Program-made: the position numbers and the translations under genes | Part shown: positions 50,758-60,875 of the stretch, one piece after another | Numbering within the stretch: the first letter of the stretch is position 1 | Layout of the letters: each line of letters begins with the position of its first letter | From: Vicinamibacteria bacterium | GTDB lineage: Bacteria > Acidobacteriota > Vicinamibacteria > Marinacidobacterales > Marinacidobacteraceae | Assembly (NCBI GenBank): GCA_963422395.1 | Contig: OY729431.1 | Coordinates: 1,632,001-1,696,000 of the forward strand | Direction: 5' to 3' | Length of the DNA: 64,000 bases | Notes under the pieces: generated by a model | Seen by the model: only the letters and a program-made list of their open reading frames with translations | What the model was told of the DNA's origin: nothing | Database searches by the model: none

Positions 50758-52008
50758 ATGAAGAGAAAACCGGGAACCGCCACCGTTTTCCAGGCGCTGG
50801 CCGCTTTCCTCGGGGCCTTCGCGGCCATCATCGGCATCGGCATCGCGATCGCCCGGACCGGGCTGCCGCTGGACCTAGCGATCCTGCTGACCCCGGCCGC
50901 GACCCTGCTGGTCGTCATCGGCGCGATCCGGGTCTTCCGCCTGCGGCCGTATCCGACGCTTCGTTTGCGCCCGGCGAAGAACAGCCACCTCCTCCTGTCG
51001 GTCCCAGTGGCCCTTGCGCTCTTCGTCGTGAGCGACCAGCTCGCCAACCTGAGCCGCGTCTTCATCCCCATCGACGAAAACTACATCCGTGCGGTCTCCG
51101 AACTGGTGCGCGCCGAGGGCCCGCTCTCCTGGCTCATCCGACTCGCCGGCATCGGTTTCGGCGCAGCACTCTCCGAGGAACTGCTGTTCCGCGGCTTGAT
51201 CCTCAGCGGCCTCCGCCCCCTCGGTCGGACCGGCGCCATCGTGGCTTCGGCCCTGTTGTTCACCGTGATGCACGGCCTCCTGCTGCCCAACTACTTCGTC
51301 GCCGGAATCGTCCTCGGACTCGCAGCGACGGGCACCGGGAGCATCCTGGTTCCCATCTCCATCCACCTTTTCCACAATGTGGCCGCGCTCCTGCTGTTCA
51401 ACCTAGCCGACCTCGAGACGCTCGGCGACCCGCTCTGGACTCCCGCCGGAATCCTGATCCCGGCGATCGGCATCCTGATGATCGGAGGGGCGGTGTATCT
51501 CCGGGGCATGACGGCCGAAATCCGGAAATCGGCCAGCGTGCGGAAAACCGCCGACTCCACTTCCGAGACTCTCCTCCCCGGCCCTCCTCCCGGCGCTTTC
51601 AACATCACCCGGGACCTGATCGAGGTGCCGCGGGGCCGCCGCCGTCTCGGGTTCCTGGTCCTCGCTGCCTCCATGATCGCCGGACTCCTCATCGCCTCCG
51701 GCCTCGTCGGATACCTCGGCTACCTGACGGATCCGGGGCCGCCGCGCGCCGCGGCCATCCAGATGCTGCACCGCATCTCCCGGGAGTCGCTGACTCCGGA
51801 GGCCGCGGCGCGCGGCGCCGAAATCGATGCTGCGTTCGAGACCCTGTCCGAGCTGAACCGTGAGGGGCGGATCCGCTTCCGCCATCTCTGGCGCGCCGCA
51901 CAGGTGGTGGCAGCGGCGACCGCCGACGGAGATTTCGGAGATCTCGATGTGGAACGCTTGCTGATGACGGTCGGCACCATCCGGCGAGAACAGCGGCCGG
52001 GCGACTGA
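50758..52008 (+). CDS. CPBP (Abi/CAAX) family intramembrane protease with C-terminal extension
   Basis: EELLFRG, F...H, HLFHN; many TM segments. Confidence 0.85.
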   Translation: MKRKPGTATVFQALAAFLGAFAAIIGIGIAIARTGLPLDLAILLTPAATLLVVIGAIRVFRLRPYPTLRLRPAKNSHLLLSVPVALALFVVSDQLANLSRVFIPIDENYIRAVSELVRAEGPLSWLIRLAGIGFGAALSEELLFRGLILSGLRPLGRTGAIVASALLFTVMHGLLLPNYFVAGIVLGLAATGTGSILVPISIHLFHNVAALLLFNLADLETLGDPLWTPAGILIPAIGILMIGGAVYLRGMTAEIRKSASVRKTADSTSETLLPGPPPGAFNITRDLIEVPRGRRRLGFLVLAASMIAGLLIASGLVGYLGYLTDPGPPRAAAIQMLHRISRESLTPEAAARGAEIDAAFETLSELNREGRIRFRHLWRAAQVVAAATADGDFGDLDVERLLMTVGTIRREQRPGD

Positions 52009-52059
52009 CGAGCGCCGCGCGAAGCGGGCTCGGACAGTATGGAAAACGCGCGGCGGCCG

Positions 52060-52593
52060 CTACTGCTCTCCCCCGCCTGCAACGGGTCCCGTCCGGCGGA
52101 GAAACAGCGGCGACCACATGGCGATCACTCCGAGCCCCATCAGCAGCCCCCCGACGAGCGGACTCCGGGAGAGCAGCACGAACCCGCCGGAGAGGCAGTG
52201 CACCACCACGCTCATGTAGGCCGCCATCACGAGCAGCCGGGCGGGACGGTCCGAAGTCCGCATGGCGAAGAGCGGCAGCGTTTCCAGCGCTGCGGTGAGG
52301 ACCGCGCTTCGGAGCAGCAGCGACCAGAGGCCGAACGGCTCCTGGAACGCCATCCCCACGATGGCGGAGAAGAGCGACGCCGCAAGCGCCGACCGATAAG
52401 GACGCCGCCCGTCGAGCCAGCGGATCATCAGCGCCTTGAGCGGGGTGAAGAGCGCCACCAGTCCGAGCGCCAACAGGAAATCCGCCGGGTCGCCCCTTCG
52501 ACTCCCTACCCGGAGCGCGGCGGCAACCATCACCAGGGCGAGCCCTCCGAGAAAGACGCCGCGCACCGGCGGAACCAGGTGTCGGGCGCTCAC
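52060..52593 (-). CDS. hypothetical membrane protein
   Basis: About six hydrophobic segments; GTGA overlap with lysA stop. Confidence 0.65.
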   Translation of the reverse strand: MSARHLVPPVRGVFLGGLALVMVAAALRVGSRRGDPADFLLALGLVALFTPLKALMIRWLDGRRPYRSALAASLFSAIVGMAFQEPFGLWSLLLRSAVLTAALETLPLFAMRTSDRPARLLVMAAYMSVVVHCLSGGFVLLSRSPLVGGLLMGLGVIAMWSPLFLRRTGPVAGGGEQ

Positions 52594-53885
52594 TGCGGAA
52601 CCAGCACCGACGCCGCAGCGAGTTCGCGGGCGGCCACCTCCGGCGGCGTCTCCGGCTGACGGGCGAGAACAGCCGCCCCGTCCCGAAGGACCACCTCCGC
52701 CGGCCGGGGGCGCAGGTTGTAGTTCGAGGACATCGAAAAGCCATAGGCCCCAGCGTCCAGGACGCCCAGCAGGTCTCCCGGCTCGGGCGGGGTCAGCATT
52801 CGGTTGCGGGCGAAGGCATCGCCCGTCTCGCAGACCCCACCGACCACATCGAACGCCCGCTCTTCGGTGCCCCGCACCCGGAGCGGAACGATGCGGTGGT
52901 AGGCCCCGTACATCGCCGGACGGAGGAAGTCGTTCATCCCTCCATCCACGACACAGAATTCGCGGCCGCCGGTGCGTTTCGTGTGGAGCACCCGGACGAC
53001 GAGGACTCCGGCCGGCCCGAAGAGTGCCCGGCCCGGCTCGAAGACCACCGCCGGCTCCATCCCGCCCGCGGTCTCCCGCAGAGCGTCCCGAACCGCTTCC
53101 GCATAGACAGCGAGCGAAATCTCCGCTTCCCCCAAGCGCTGCGGGATACCGAGTCCGCCCCCGACATCCACCAGCCGGACCGGCGTTCCCGCGCGCCGGA
53201 GTTTCGCAAACACCGCGCCGAGACGTCGGGCGCTCGCCGTCAGCGTCGAAAGATCGAGGATCTGGGAGCCGATATGCGCGTGGACCCCGAGGATCTCGAC
53301 CGCCGGCCATTCCCGGCGGCGCTTTGCCAGCGAGAGGAGTTCGGCCTCCGAGATCCCGAACTTGGCGGTCGCGGAACCGGTGGCGATCTTCGGATGGGTC
53401 GGCGCACTGATCGCCGGATTCAGGCGAAGCGCCACTCGTGCCCGGAGCCCGCGCGAAGCTGCGCGGGCGTCCAGAAGGGCGAGTTCGGCCTCGGACTCGA
53501 TCGAGAGGAAACGCACTCCGAGGTCGAGCGCGGTATCCAGATCGGCCTTCGTCTTGCCGACTCCCGACATGACGATCCGCTCCTCCGGAACCCCGATGCC
53601 GGCGGCGACCAGGAGCTCCGCAGCAGAAACGGCTTCCACTCCGGCGCCGCGCCGAACGAGCGGCGTGACCAGCGCCGGGAGCGCGTTCGCCTTGAGGGGC
53701 AGGGCGATCAGGTGGTCGCACCCGAACAGCGCCTTCTCGATCCGGGCGTAGCGCTCGGCGACAGCGGCCCCGCTATAGACATAGGCCGGAGTGGGGGCGC
53801 CTGCCTCGGCGAGTGCCGTCTCGATCGCGGTCCCTTCCGCTTCGAGCGATCCCCCGAGGCCGTAGCGAAAAACGGAGTGCAACAT
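52590..53885 (-). CDS. lysA: diaminopimelate decarboxylase
   Basis: TPAYVYS, KAN, SGVGKT, HAHIGSQ, GGGLG, EPGR, RPAMY, CETGD, GAYG.SMSSNYN. Confidence 0.94.
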   Translation of the reverse strand: MLHSVFRYGLGGSLEAEGTAIETALAEAGAPTPAYVYSGAAVAERYARIEKALFGCDHLIALPLKANALPALVTPLVRRGAGVEAVSAAELLVAAGIGVPEERIVMSGVGKTKADLDTALDLGVRFLSIESEAELALLDARAASRGLRARVALRLNPAISAPTHPKIATGSATAKFGISEAELLSLAKRRREWPAVEILGVHAHIGSQILDLSTLTASARRLGAVFAKLRRAGTPVRLVDVGGGLGIPQRLGEAEISLAVYAEAVRDALRETAGGMEPAVVFEPGRALFGPAGVLVVRVLHTKRTGGREFCVVDGGMNDFLRPAMYGAYHRIVPLRVRGTEERAFDVVGGVCETGDAFARNRMLTPPEPGDLLGVLDAGAYGFSMSSNYNLRPRPAEVVLRDGAAVLARQPETPPEVAARELAAASVLVPQ

Positions 53886-53909
53886 CTCGTCCCCCGTACC
53901 GGCCGCCCC

Positions 53910-54072
53910 TTAGCAGTCTGTGGATGAAGCGGCGCGAGCCTTCGCCTTCGGCCGTGTGTTCCATGCGGGACCGGGAAGGCCCCGCGAACACGCCGGAGAG
54001 CGAGGGGCTCCCGATCGGGGGTCCTCGACCGGGAACTCCTCGCTACTCGGCACTTCGTCCACAGGCTGCCAA
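53910..54072. mobile_element. 163-bp MITE-like element with both terminal inverted repeats
   Basis: Left TTAGCAGTCTGTGGATGAAG and right CTTCGTCCACAGGCTGCCAA form a 17/20 inverted match; no transposase. Confidence 0.7.
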
Positions 54073-54159
54073 CAGCCGGCACCACCCTTCACGCCGGACA
54101 TCAGGCAATCCCGGAATGTATCATCGGGCGCCTTTTCTTCCCCCTCCCGGAGGCTCGCC

Positions 54160-55347
54160 ATGCAACGACTCGCCGCAGGTTCCGCCCTGTTCGTCCTCTC
54201 GCTCAGCTGCGGCACCGGCCCGGCGGATGCGCCGGCGCCGCCCGAGGGTACGGCGCTCGAAGCACTGCCTTTTTCCGAATATCGGGAGAGCGGCGACCTG
54301 GTGTACCTCGCGGGAGCGATCGGGAACCTTCCCGGCAGCCTCGATCTGGTGCCCGGCGGGATCGAAGCGCAGGTGCACCAGACGATGACGAATCTCGGCG
54401 CGGCGCTCGCGAAGAGCGGACTCGACTTCTCCCGGGTGGCCGCGGTGAATGTGTACCTCTCCGACATCCGCTATTTCGCCGCGATGAACGAGGTGTACCG
54501 CGAATACTTTCCCGAGGATCCCCCGACGCGCGCCACCGTCGAGGCGGGCATCGCGATCCCCGGCGCACTCGTCGAGATCTCCATGGTGGCGGTGCAACAG
54601 GGAGTGGAACGGCGGGTGATCGCGCCCGAGGCCATGAAGAGCCCCGAACTTCCCTATTCGTGGGGCATCGAAGCGGGCGACACGCTGTTCATCGCCGGCG
54701 CCACTGCGCGGGACCCGGACAGCTACCAGCCGGTGGCGGGCGGCGTCCCCGAGCAGATGCGGCGGATCCTCGGGAACATCGGACTGGTCCTCGAAGCCGC
54801 CGGAATGGACTACCGGAATGTGGCGAACTGCCGGGTCTTCCTCGACGACCCCCGCACCTTCGGCGCGATGAACGAGGTCTATCGGGAGTTCTTCCCCGAG
54901 GAGCCGCCCACGCGGGCCACCGTCGAAGCCCGGCTCGCGAACCCGGCCTTCCGGGCCGAGGTGCAGTGCGTGGCGAGCCGGGCCGAACGAAGCGTCCTCG
55001 CTCCCGGCGGGCCCCGCTCGGGGAGCCCGCTGTCTCCTGGAGTCTGGACTGGCGACCGGCTCTACCTCTCCGGGATGGTCGCTCCCGGACCGGACCGCAG
55101 TGAGGACGCGGGCGAGCAGACTCGCGCCGTGCTGGGCCGGCTCGGAGAAGCGCTCGAAGCCGCCGGGCTCGGTTTCGCGGATGTGGACGATGCCGTCGTC
55201 TTCCTGGAAGACATGCGCGATTACCCTGCGATGAACGCCGCCTACCGCGAGCTCGTCGGCGAGCCGTTCCCCGCGCGAGCCACCGTGGAGGCCCAGCTCA
55301 TGGGCGCCGGGATCGAGGTCGAGATCATGATGACGGCGCACCGCTGA
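54160..55347 (+). CDS. lipoprotein with three tandem RidA/YjgF domains
   Basis: GGAGG RBS; signal peptide with LSLSC; three repeats of MN.(V/A)Y...F/V...P.RATVE...E. Confidence 0.88.
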   Translation: MQRLAAGSALFVLSLSCGTGPADAPAPPEGTALEALPFSEYRESGDLVYLAGAIGNLPGSLDLVPGGIEAQVHQTMTNLGAALAKSGLDFSRVAAVNVYLSDIRYFAAMNEVYREYFPEDPPTRATVEAGIAIPGALVEISMVAVQQGVERRVIAPEAMKSPELPYSWGIEAGDTLFIAGATARDPDSYQPVAGGVPEQMRRILGNIGLVLEAAGMDYRNVANCRVFLDDPRTFGAMNEVYREFFPEEPPTRATVEARLANPAFRAEVQCVASRAERSVLAPGGPRSGSPLSPGVWTGDRLYLSGMVAPGPDRSEDAGEQTRAVLGRLGEALEAAGLGFADVDDAVVFLEDMRDYPAMNAAYRELVGEPFPARATVEAQLMGAGIEVEIMMTAHR

Positions 55348-55385
55348 GCGCGGCGGAGCGCGCGCGGCCGGCGGTCCAGTCCGGG

Positions 55386-56162
55386 ATGCCTCCGCCGGTC
55401 GTCTTTTTCGGATCTCTGCTTCTCGGACTGGTTCTTCCCGATCGGGACACCGGGTCGGGCCCGGCCCCCGAGGAGCTCCAGGGCCGGGTGCTGGTGGCGG
55501 CCGCCGCGAACTTCACCGGACCCGCGCGGGAGATCGCGGCCGCCTTCGAGCGGGAGACCGGGTATGCGGTGCGCCTCAGTTTCGGCTCGACCGGCCAGCT
55601 CTTCGCCCAGATTCGGCAGGGGGCGCCCTTCGAGGTCTTTCTGGCGGCGGACGCAGAACGGCCGCTGCAAGCGGAGCGGCAGGGACTCGCAGTGCCGGGC
55701 AGCCGGTTCACCTACGCGGTGGGCCGCCTCGTGCTGGTCAGCACGGAAACGAGCCGGACGGCGGGGCCCGACGCCCTCCGTGACCCCGCAGTGCGCCGGG
55801 TGGCACTCGCCAACCCGAACACCGCTCCCTACGGGCGCGCCGCGCTCGAAACCATCCGCGCCCTCGGCCTCGAAACGGCGCTCGCCGGAAAGCAGGTGAT
55901 CGGGACCAATGTCTCGCAGGCACACCAGTTCGTCCGCACCGGGAACGCGGAGTTGGGTTTTCTGGCCCTCTCCCAGGCGCCCGGGGACAGCGGGAGTTCG
56001 CGCTGGCTCGTTCCGGAGACCTTCCACACTCCCATCCGGCAGCAGGCGGTGCTGCTCGAAGCGGGGCGCAGGAATCCTGCCGCGGGGCGTTTCCTCACCT
56101 TCCTCCGGGAGGATGCGGCCCGCGGCATTCTGCGCCGACACGGGTACCGCACGAGCGAATAG
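55386..56162 (+). CDS. modA: molybdate ABC transporter substrate-binding protein
   Basis: [40 protein letters not shown]. Confidence 0.92.
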   Translation: MPPPVVFFGSLLLGLVLPDRDTGSGPAPEELQGRVLVAAAANFTGPAREIAAAFERETGYAVRLSFGSTGQLFAQIRQGAPFEVFLAADAERPLQAERQGLAVPGSRFTYAVGRLVLVSTETSRTAGPDALRDPAVRRVALANPNTAPYGRAALETIRALGLETALAGKQVIGTNVSQAHQFVRTGNAELGFLALSQAPGDSGSSRWLVPETFHTPIRQQAVLLEAGRRNPAAGRFLTFLREDAARGILRRHGYRTSE

Positions 56163-56170
56163 GCGGCGAG

Positions 56171-56851
56171 ATGCAATCGGCTGCGATCTGGCCTCCGATC
56201 CAGCTGACCCTGGAACTCGCGGCGGTCACGACCGGCTTCCTGCTGCTGCTCGGAACGCCGCTCGGTTGGTGGCTCGCGCGCTCCTCGTTCCGGTTCAAGG
56301 AGGCAGTCGCCGCCCTGGTCGCGCTGCCACTGGTGCTTCCGCCGACCGTCCTCGGTTTCTACCTCCTGATCGCCCTCGGCCCCGACGGTCCGGGCGGCTT
56401 CGTCGCCCGACTCTTCGGGGAGATCTCGCTCGCCTTTTCGTTTCCCGGCCTGGTCATCGGCTCCGTCCTCTATTCGCTCCCCTTCACGGTGCAGCCGATT
56501 CGCAGCGCCTTCGAGGCAGTCGGCGACCGCCCCCTGGAAGCCGCAGCCACCCTGCGGGCGTCCCCGTGGGACGCGTTCTGGACCGTCGCGGTTCCGCTGG
56601 CCCGCCCCGGGCTGATCGCCGGCGCAGTGCTGGGTTTCGCGCACACGGTCGGCGAGTTCGGAGTCGTCCTGATGATCGGCGGAAACATCCCCGGCGCCAC
56701 CCGCGTGCTCTCGATCGCCATCTACGACCATGTGGAGCTCATGGAATGGGGGACGGCGCATCTCCTCTCCGGCGGTCTGCTGGCGTTCTCCTTCGTGGTG
56801 GTCGCTCTCACCCTCAGCCTCCAGAAGAAGATGGGGGCAAAAGCCCGGTGA
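56171..56851 (+). CDS. modB: molybdate ABC transporter permease
   Basis: [41 protein letters not shown]. Confidence 0.95.
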   Translation: MQSAAIWPPIQLTLELAAVTTGFLLLLGTPLGWWLARSSFRFKEAVAALVALPLVLPPTVLGFYLLIALGPDGPGGFVARLFGEISLAFSFPGLVIGSVLYSLPFTVQPIRSAFEAVGDRPLEAAATLRASPWDAFWTVAVPLARPGLIAGAVLGFAHTVGEFGVVLMIGGNIPGATRVLSIAIYDHVELMEWGTAHLLSGGLLAFSFVVVALTLSLQKKMGAKAR

Positions 56852-57960
56852 GCCGCGGCGGCCCGCGTCTAGCCGGCCCCCTCGAAGGAGAGTTCCGGGG
56901 AGCGGCGGGGGCTTTCGTCCTGGACGCCGCGTTCTCCGCGCCGGCCGGAGAAACCACCGCCCTCTTCGGCCCCTCCGGCAGCGGCAAGACGACCCTGCTG
57001 CGCGCGGTGGCGGGACTCCTCCGGCTCCGGGGGCGGCTCGACGCCGGCGGGAAGCCCTGGCAGGACGACGCCCGCGGGCTCTTCCTCCCACCGTATCGGC
57101 GAAGGGTCGGATTCGTCTTCCAGGAACCGGCGCTCTTCACTCACCTCTCGGTTCTGGAAAACCTGCGCTACGCCGAGCGCCGCGGCGGAGCCGACCGCGC
57201 TTCCGCCAGCCCGTCGTTCGCGGAGCTCGTCGAGCGGCTCGGGCTCGAAAAACTCCTGGACCGCTCTCCCGCCGGGCTCTCGGGAGGGGAGCGGCAGCGG
57301 ATCGCGCTGGGCCGGGCCCTGCTCTCTCGCCCCTCGGTTCTCCTGCTGGACGAACCGCTCTCGGCGCTCCATCAGGGCGCCCGCGCCGCCATCCTGCCCT
57401 GGCTCCGTTCGCTCGCCGCCGAACTCGGGATGGCCGTGCTCCATGTGAGCCACGACCTGGGGGAGGTCGTCGAGGCCGCGCACCGGATCGCGCTGGTGTC
57501 GGGAGGACGGATCACCGCCGCCGGTCCGGCGGCGGAAATCCTCGAACGGCTCGATGCGAGCAATGCCCCCTCCCGCTTCGAGACTTCCACGATCCTGACC
57601 GCCCGCGTTCGGCGGCTCCTCCCGGCGCTCGGACTCTCGGAACTCGACTTCGGCGGACAGGTCCTCCGCGTCCCGGGAACCCGACGCGCGGAGGGGGAAA
57701 CGGCGCGGCTCCGGATCAGGGCGCGGGACATCGCGCTCGCCCGGACCCCGCCGGAAGCGATCAGCATCCGCAATGTGCTGCGGAGCGCGATCCTCGCGGT
57801 CATCGAAGATCCGGAAGGCCCGTTCGCCGAAGTTCTCCTCGAAGTCGGCGGACAGCGCCTTCGCGCCCGGATCACCCGGGACGCGGCCGCCGACCTCCGA
57901 CTGGAGCGCGGTAACACGGTCTTCGCGCTCCTGAAGACGGTGTCCTTCGACCCGCCATGA
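56848..57960 (+). CDS. modC: molybdate ABC transporter ATPase with TOBE domain
   Basis: [29 protein letters not shown]; GTGA overlap. Confidence 0.93.
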   Translation: MSRGGPRLAGPLEGEFRGAAGAFVLDAAFSAPAGETTALFGPSGSGKTTLLRAVAGLLRLRGRLDAGGKPWQDDARGLFLPPYRRRVGFVFQEPALFTHLSVLENLRYAERRGGADRASASPSFAELVERLGLEKLLDRSPAGLSGGERQRIALGRALLSRPSVLLLDEPLSALHQGARAAILPWLRSLAAELGMAVLHVSHDLGEVVEAAHRIALVSGGRITAAGPAAEILERLDASNAPSRFETSTILTARVRRLLPALGLSELDFGGQVLRVPGTRRAEGETARLRIRARDIALARTPPEAISIRNVLRSAILAVIEDPEGPFAEVLLEVGGQRLRARITRDAAADLRLERGNTVFALLKTVSFDPP

Positions 57961-58092
57961 TGGAAGCGGACCTCACCGATCTCGGCGGCCCAGCAACTCT
58001 CCCAGAGTTCCCGGTCCCAGTTCTCGGAAAGCGCCATCGCCCCAGCGGCGGCGGCCTGACCGGGCGGCCCCAGGGCACCCTCCCCGCGAGCG

Positions 58093-59019
58093 GTGATGGC
58101 GGCCTCCGAGCGACGGAACCCTCCTGCGCCGAAGCGGCGGATCATCTTCGGGGAGAACCTCGAGATCCTGCGGGGCCTGCCGGAGGGTGCGTTTTCGCTG
58201 ATCTACATCGACCCTCCGTTCAACACGAACCGGCGCCAAGCCCGAACCAGGCTGCGCACCGTGCGCGACGCGAACGGAGACCGCACCGGATTCGGCGGCA
58301 ACCGCTACCGGACCGTCCGCCTGGAAACGACGGGGTTCGACGATCGGCACGACGACTACCTGGGCTTTCTGAAGCCCCGGCTCGAGGAGGCGCACCGGGT
58401 GCTGACCCCGAGCGGCAGCTTCTTCCTCCATGTGGACTTCCGTGAGGTCCACTACGCCAAGGTGCTGCTCGATCAGATCTTCGGGCGGCGCTCCTTCATC
58501 AACGAGATCATCTGGGCTTACGACTACGGGGGCAGAAGCCGAACCCGCTGGTCGCCGAAGCACGACAACCTGCTCTGGTACGCGAAGGATCCCGACGATT
58601 ACACCTTCAACTACGAGGAAATCGACCGCATCCCCTACCTGGCGCCATCGCTCGTCGGCGCGGAGAAAGCGGCGCGCGGGAAGACTCCGACGGATGTCTG
58701 GTGGCACACCATCGTGAGCCCCACCGGGAAGGAGCGAACCGGCTACGCAACGCAGAAGCCTCTCGGCATCCTGGAGCGGATCATCCGGGTTCACTCGAAC
58801 CGGGGTGACGCGGTGCTGGATTTTTTCGCGGGGTCGGGCTCGTTCGGAGAGGCAGCGGCGCGGAACGGGCGGGACTTCGTCCTGGTGGACGACAACCCCG
58901 ACGCCATCCGGATCATGGCATCCCGGCTGGCGCGATTCGACCCCCGTCTGGTCCACTGTGAAGTCGTCGAGCACAATGCCGTTCGGGTCCAGGGTCAGGT
59001 GCGCGCAGTTCGGAGATGA
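58093..59019 (+). CDS. orphan N6-adenine/N4-cytosine DNA methyltransferase, beta class
   Basis: YIDPPF precedes VLDFFAGSGS; NEIIW, TQKP. Confidence 0.9.
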   Translation: MMAASERRNPPAPKRRIIFGENLEILRGLPEGAFSLIYIDPPFNTNRRQARTRLRTVRDANGDRTGFGGNRYRTVRLETTGFDDRHDDYLGFLKPRLEEAHRVLTPSGSFFLHVDFREVHYAKVLLDQIFGRRSFINEIIWAYDYGGRSRTRWSPKHDNLLWYAKDPDDYTFNYEEIDRIPYLAPSLVGAEKAARGKTPTDVWWHTIVSPTGKERTGYATQKPLGILERIIRVHSNRGDAVLDFFAGSGSFGEAAARNGRDFVLVDDNPDAIRIMASRLARFDPRLVHCEVVEHNAVRVQGQVRAVRR

Positions 59020-59138
59020 CCTCGATATCTCGGACATTTCTCCGCCGGCGCTCCGGCCCCTGCGGCTACCGCCGGGCGGGCAGTCAGGACGGCGCCAGCC
59101 CGAATCCCTCCGGATCGCCGGAGTCAGTACCGGGACGG

Positions 59139-60875
59139 TTAGGACGGGGGCCTGCGGGTGCCGCAACCCGGCGGCTCGACGAGAAGCGAGTAGCGGCCGG
59201 GGATCACCTCCGCTTGCTGCTCGCAGCCTGAAAGCCAGCGGATCCGAACCCGGTGGGGGCCCTCGCGGCCGCCGAGTCCAAAGACCACCCGGGGATCGCT
59301 CGCCGAGAGATAGCTGCCGGCGGAGCGGGACTCGCGCAGCAGAGGGGTTCGGCCGCTCAGAACCAGGCGCGTTCCGATTCCGTCGCGGGGGCTCGCCCGG
59401 CCCACCAGCCGGAGACCCGCCCAGCCGGCGTCCGTTTCCGTGTCGTTGCGGAAGAGCGCCGGGGCGTCGTTCATCACCGTGGCCAGCACATCCGGATCGC
59501 CGTCGTCGTCGTAGTCGGCGAAGGCGGCGCCCCGATAGACGCGCGGCGCGCCGAACGCCGTGGGCGGCACCTCCGCGAAGGTTCCATCTTCGAGGTTCCG
59601 GAAGACGAGGGCGCGCTGGGGGTAGTCGCTTTCGGTCACCCCTCCCTGGACTTCGGGATAGACATGGCCGTTCACCACCACCAGGTCCAGCCAACCGTCC
59701 AGGTCCAGATCTCGAAACCCGGTCCCCCAACCGAGGTAGGGATAACTCGGCTCCGCGATCCCGGCGGGGAACGACTCGTCGAGGAACCAGCCGTCCCCGG
59801 CCGCGCGGTAGAGGGTGTTGTAGTCGTGGGAGAAGTTCGTCACCACGATGTCGAGGCGGCCGTCGTTGTCGTAGTCCCCGAGGTCGACGCCCATGCCGGC
59901 CTGCGCCCGCCCATCCTCGTTGTAGGCCACCCCCGAAGACAGTCCGATCTCGGCGAAGGCGAAGTCCGGGCCGGTGGTGTCGTTCCGGTAGAGGTTGTTC
60001 GGAGTCTGGTCGTTCGCCACATAGATATCTAGGTCGCCGTCGTCGTCCAGGTCGCCGAGGACCACGCCCAGCCCGAAGAACCGTTCTCTTCCCACGGCGG
60101 ATCCCTCGACTCGCCGGAAACGGCCGTCGGGCAAGCCGCGGTAGAGGAGCGCCGGCGCCGGCGCGAGGCCCTTCGGCCCGCACATGACCGGAATCCCCAG
60201 GAAGAAGCAGTTGGGCGCCTCACCGGGCCGGGGGGTGCTCTCCGGATCGAAGTCCACATAGTTCACGACGACGAGATCGCTGCTGCCGTCGCCGTCGAGA
60301 TCTCCGAAAGCGGCGCCGGTCCCCCACTGGGGGTCGTCCAGCCCCCGTTCCGCCGCCGCTTCCTCGAAAGTGCCGTCCCCCCGGTTCCGAAAGAAGAGAT
60401 TCGCTCCGTAGCGGGTGACGAAGAGGTCGGTATCCCCGTCGTTGTCGTGGTCGGACACCGCCGCCCCCTGTCCCCAGCCGTAGGACTCGAGGCCGGCGGG
60501 CCCGGTGACTTCGACGAAGCCCCCCGCTCCGTCGTTGCGAAAGAGAGCGTTCGAAAGGCTCTGCGTCTCGTCGTAACCGAGGCGCGATCCGTTGGCGAGG
60601 AAGATGTCGAAGTCGCCATCCCCGTCGTAGTCGAAAAATGCCGCTCCAGTGCCGGTGGTCTCGACGATGAACTCCTTGGTTCGGACCCCGCCGTACATGT
60701 TCACGAAGCGAATGCCGGCGGCCTCGGCGACCTCGGTGAAGCGAATCTCCGGCGGCGCAGCTCCCGAGCGCGGCATTCCCGGCTGCGGCATTCCCGGCTG
60801 CGCCATTCCCGACTGCACCGCCGCACAAGAGAAGAGCACGGCAGCGGCGGCACCGCGCGGCCTGCGCGCTTTCAC
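59139..60875 (-). CDS. secreted FG-GAP repeat / ASPIC-UnbV (CRTAC1-like) protein
   Basis: Repeated D.D.DG..D motifs, GMGVD.GDYDNDG, C-terminal NDT...GIG...GSYLS....FGLG...IRW.SG. Confidence 0.9.
   Translation of the reverse strand: MKARRPRGAAAAVLFSCAAVQSGMAQPGMPQPGMPRSGAAPPEIRFTEVAEAAGIRFVNMYGGVRTKEFIVETTGTGAAFFDYDGDGDFDIFLANGSRLGYDETQSLSNALFRNDGAGGFVEVTGPAGLESYGWGQGAAVSDHDNDGDTDLFVTRYGANLFFRNRGDGTFEEAAAERGLDDPQWGTGAAFGDLDGDGSSDLVVVNYVDFDPESTPRPGEAPNCFFLGIPVMCGPKGLAPAPALLYRGLPDGRFRRVEGSAVGRERFFGLGVVLGDLDDDGDLDIYVANDQTPNNLYRNDTTGPDFAFAEIGLSSGVAYNEDGRAQAGMGVDLGDYDNDGRLDIVVTNFSHDYNTLYRAAGDGWFLDESFPAGIAEPSYPYLGWGTGFRDLDLDGWLDLVVVNGHVYPEVQGGVTESDYPQRALVFRNLEDGTFAEVPPTAFGAPRVYRGAAFADYDDDGDPDVLATVMNDAPALFRNDTETDAGWAGLRLVGRASPRDGIGTRLVLSGRTPLLRESRSAGSYLSASDPRVVFGLGGREGPHRVRIRWLSGCEQQAEVIPGRYSLLVEPPGCGTRRPPS

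Noticed and set aside
57971-58025. Short matches (CCTCACCGATCT, CCCAGTTCTC) to the repeat core
   Set aside because: Only 10-12 nt, in the wrong order and without the terminal repeat.
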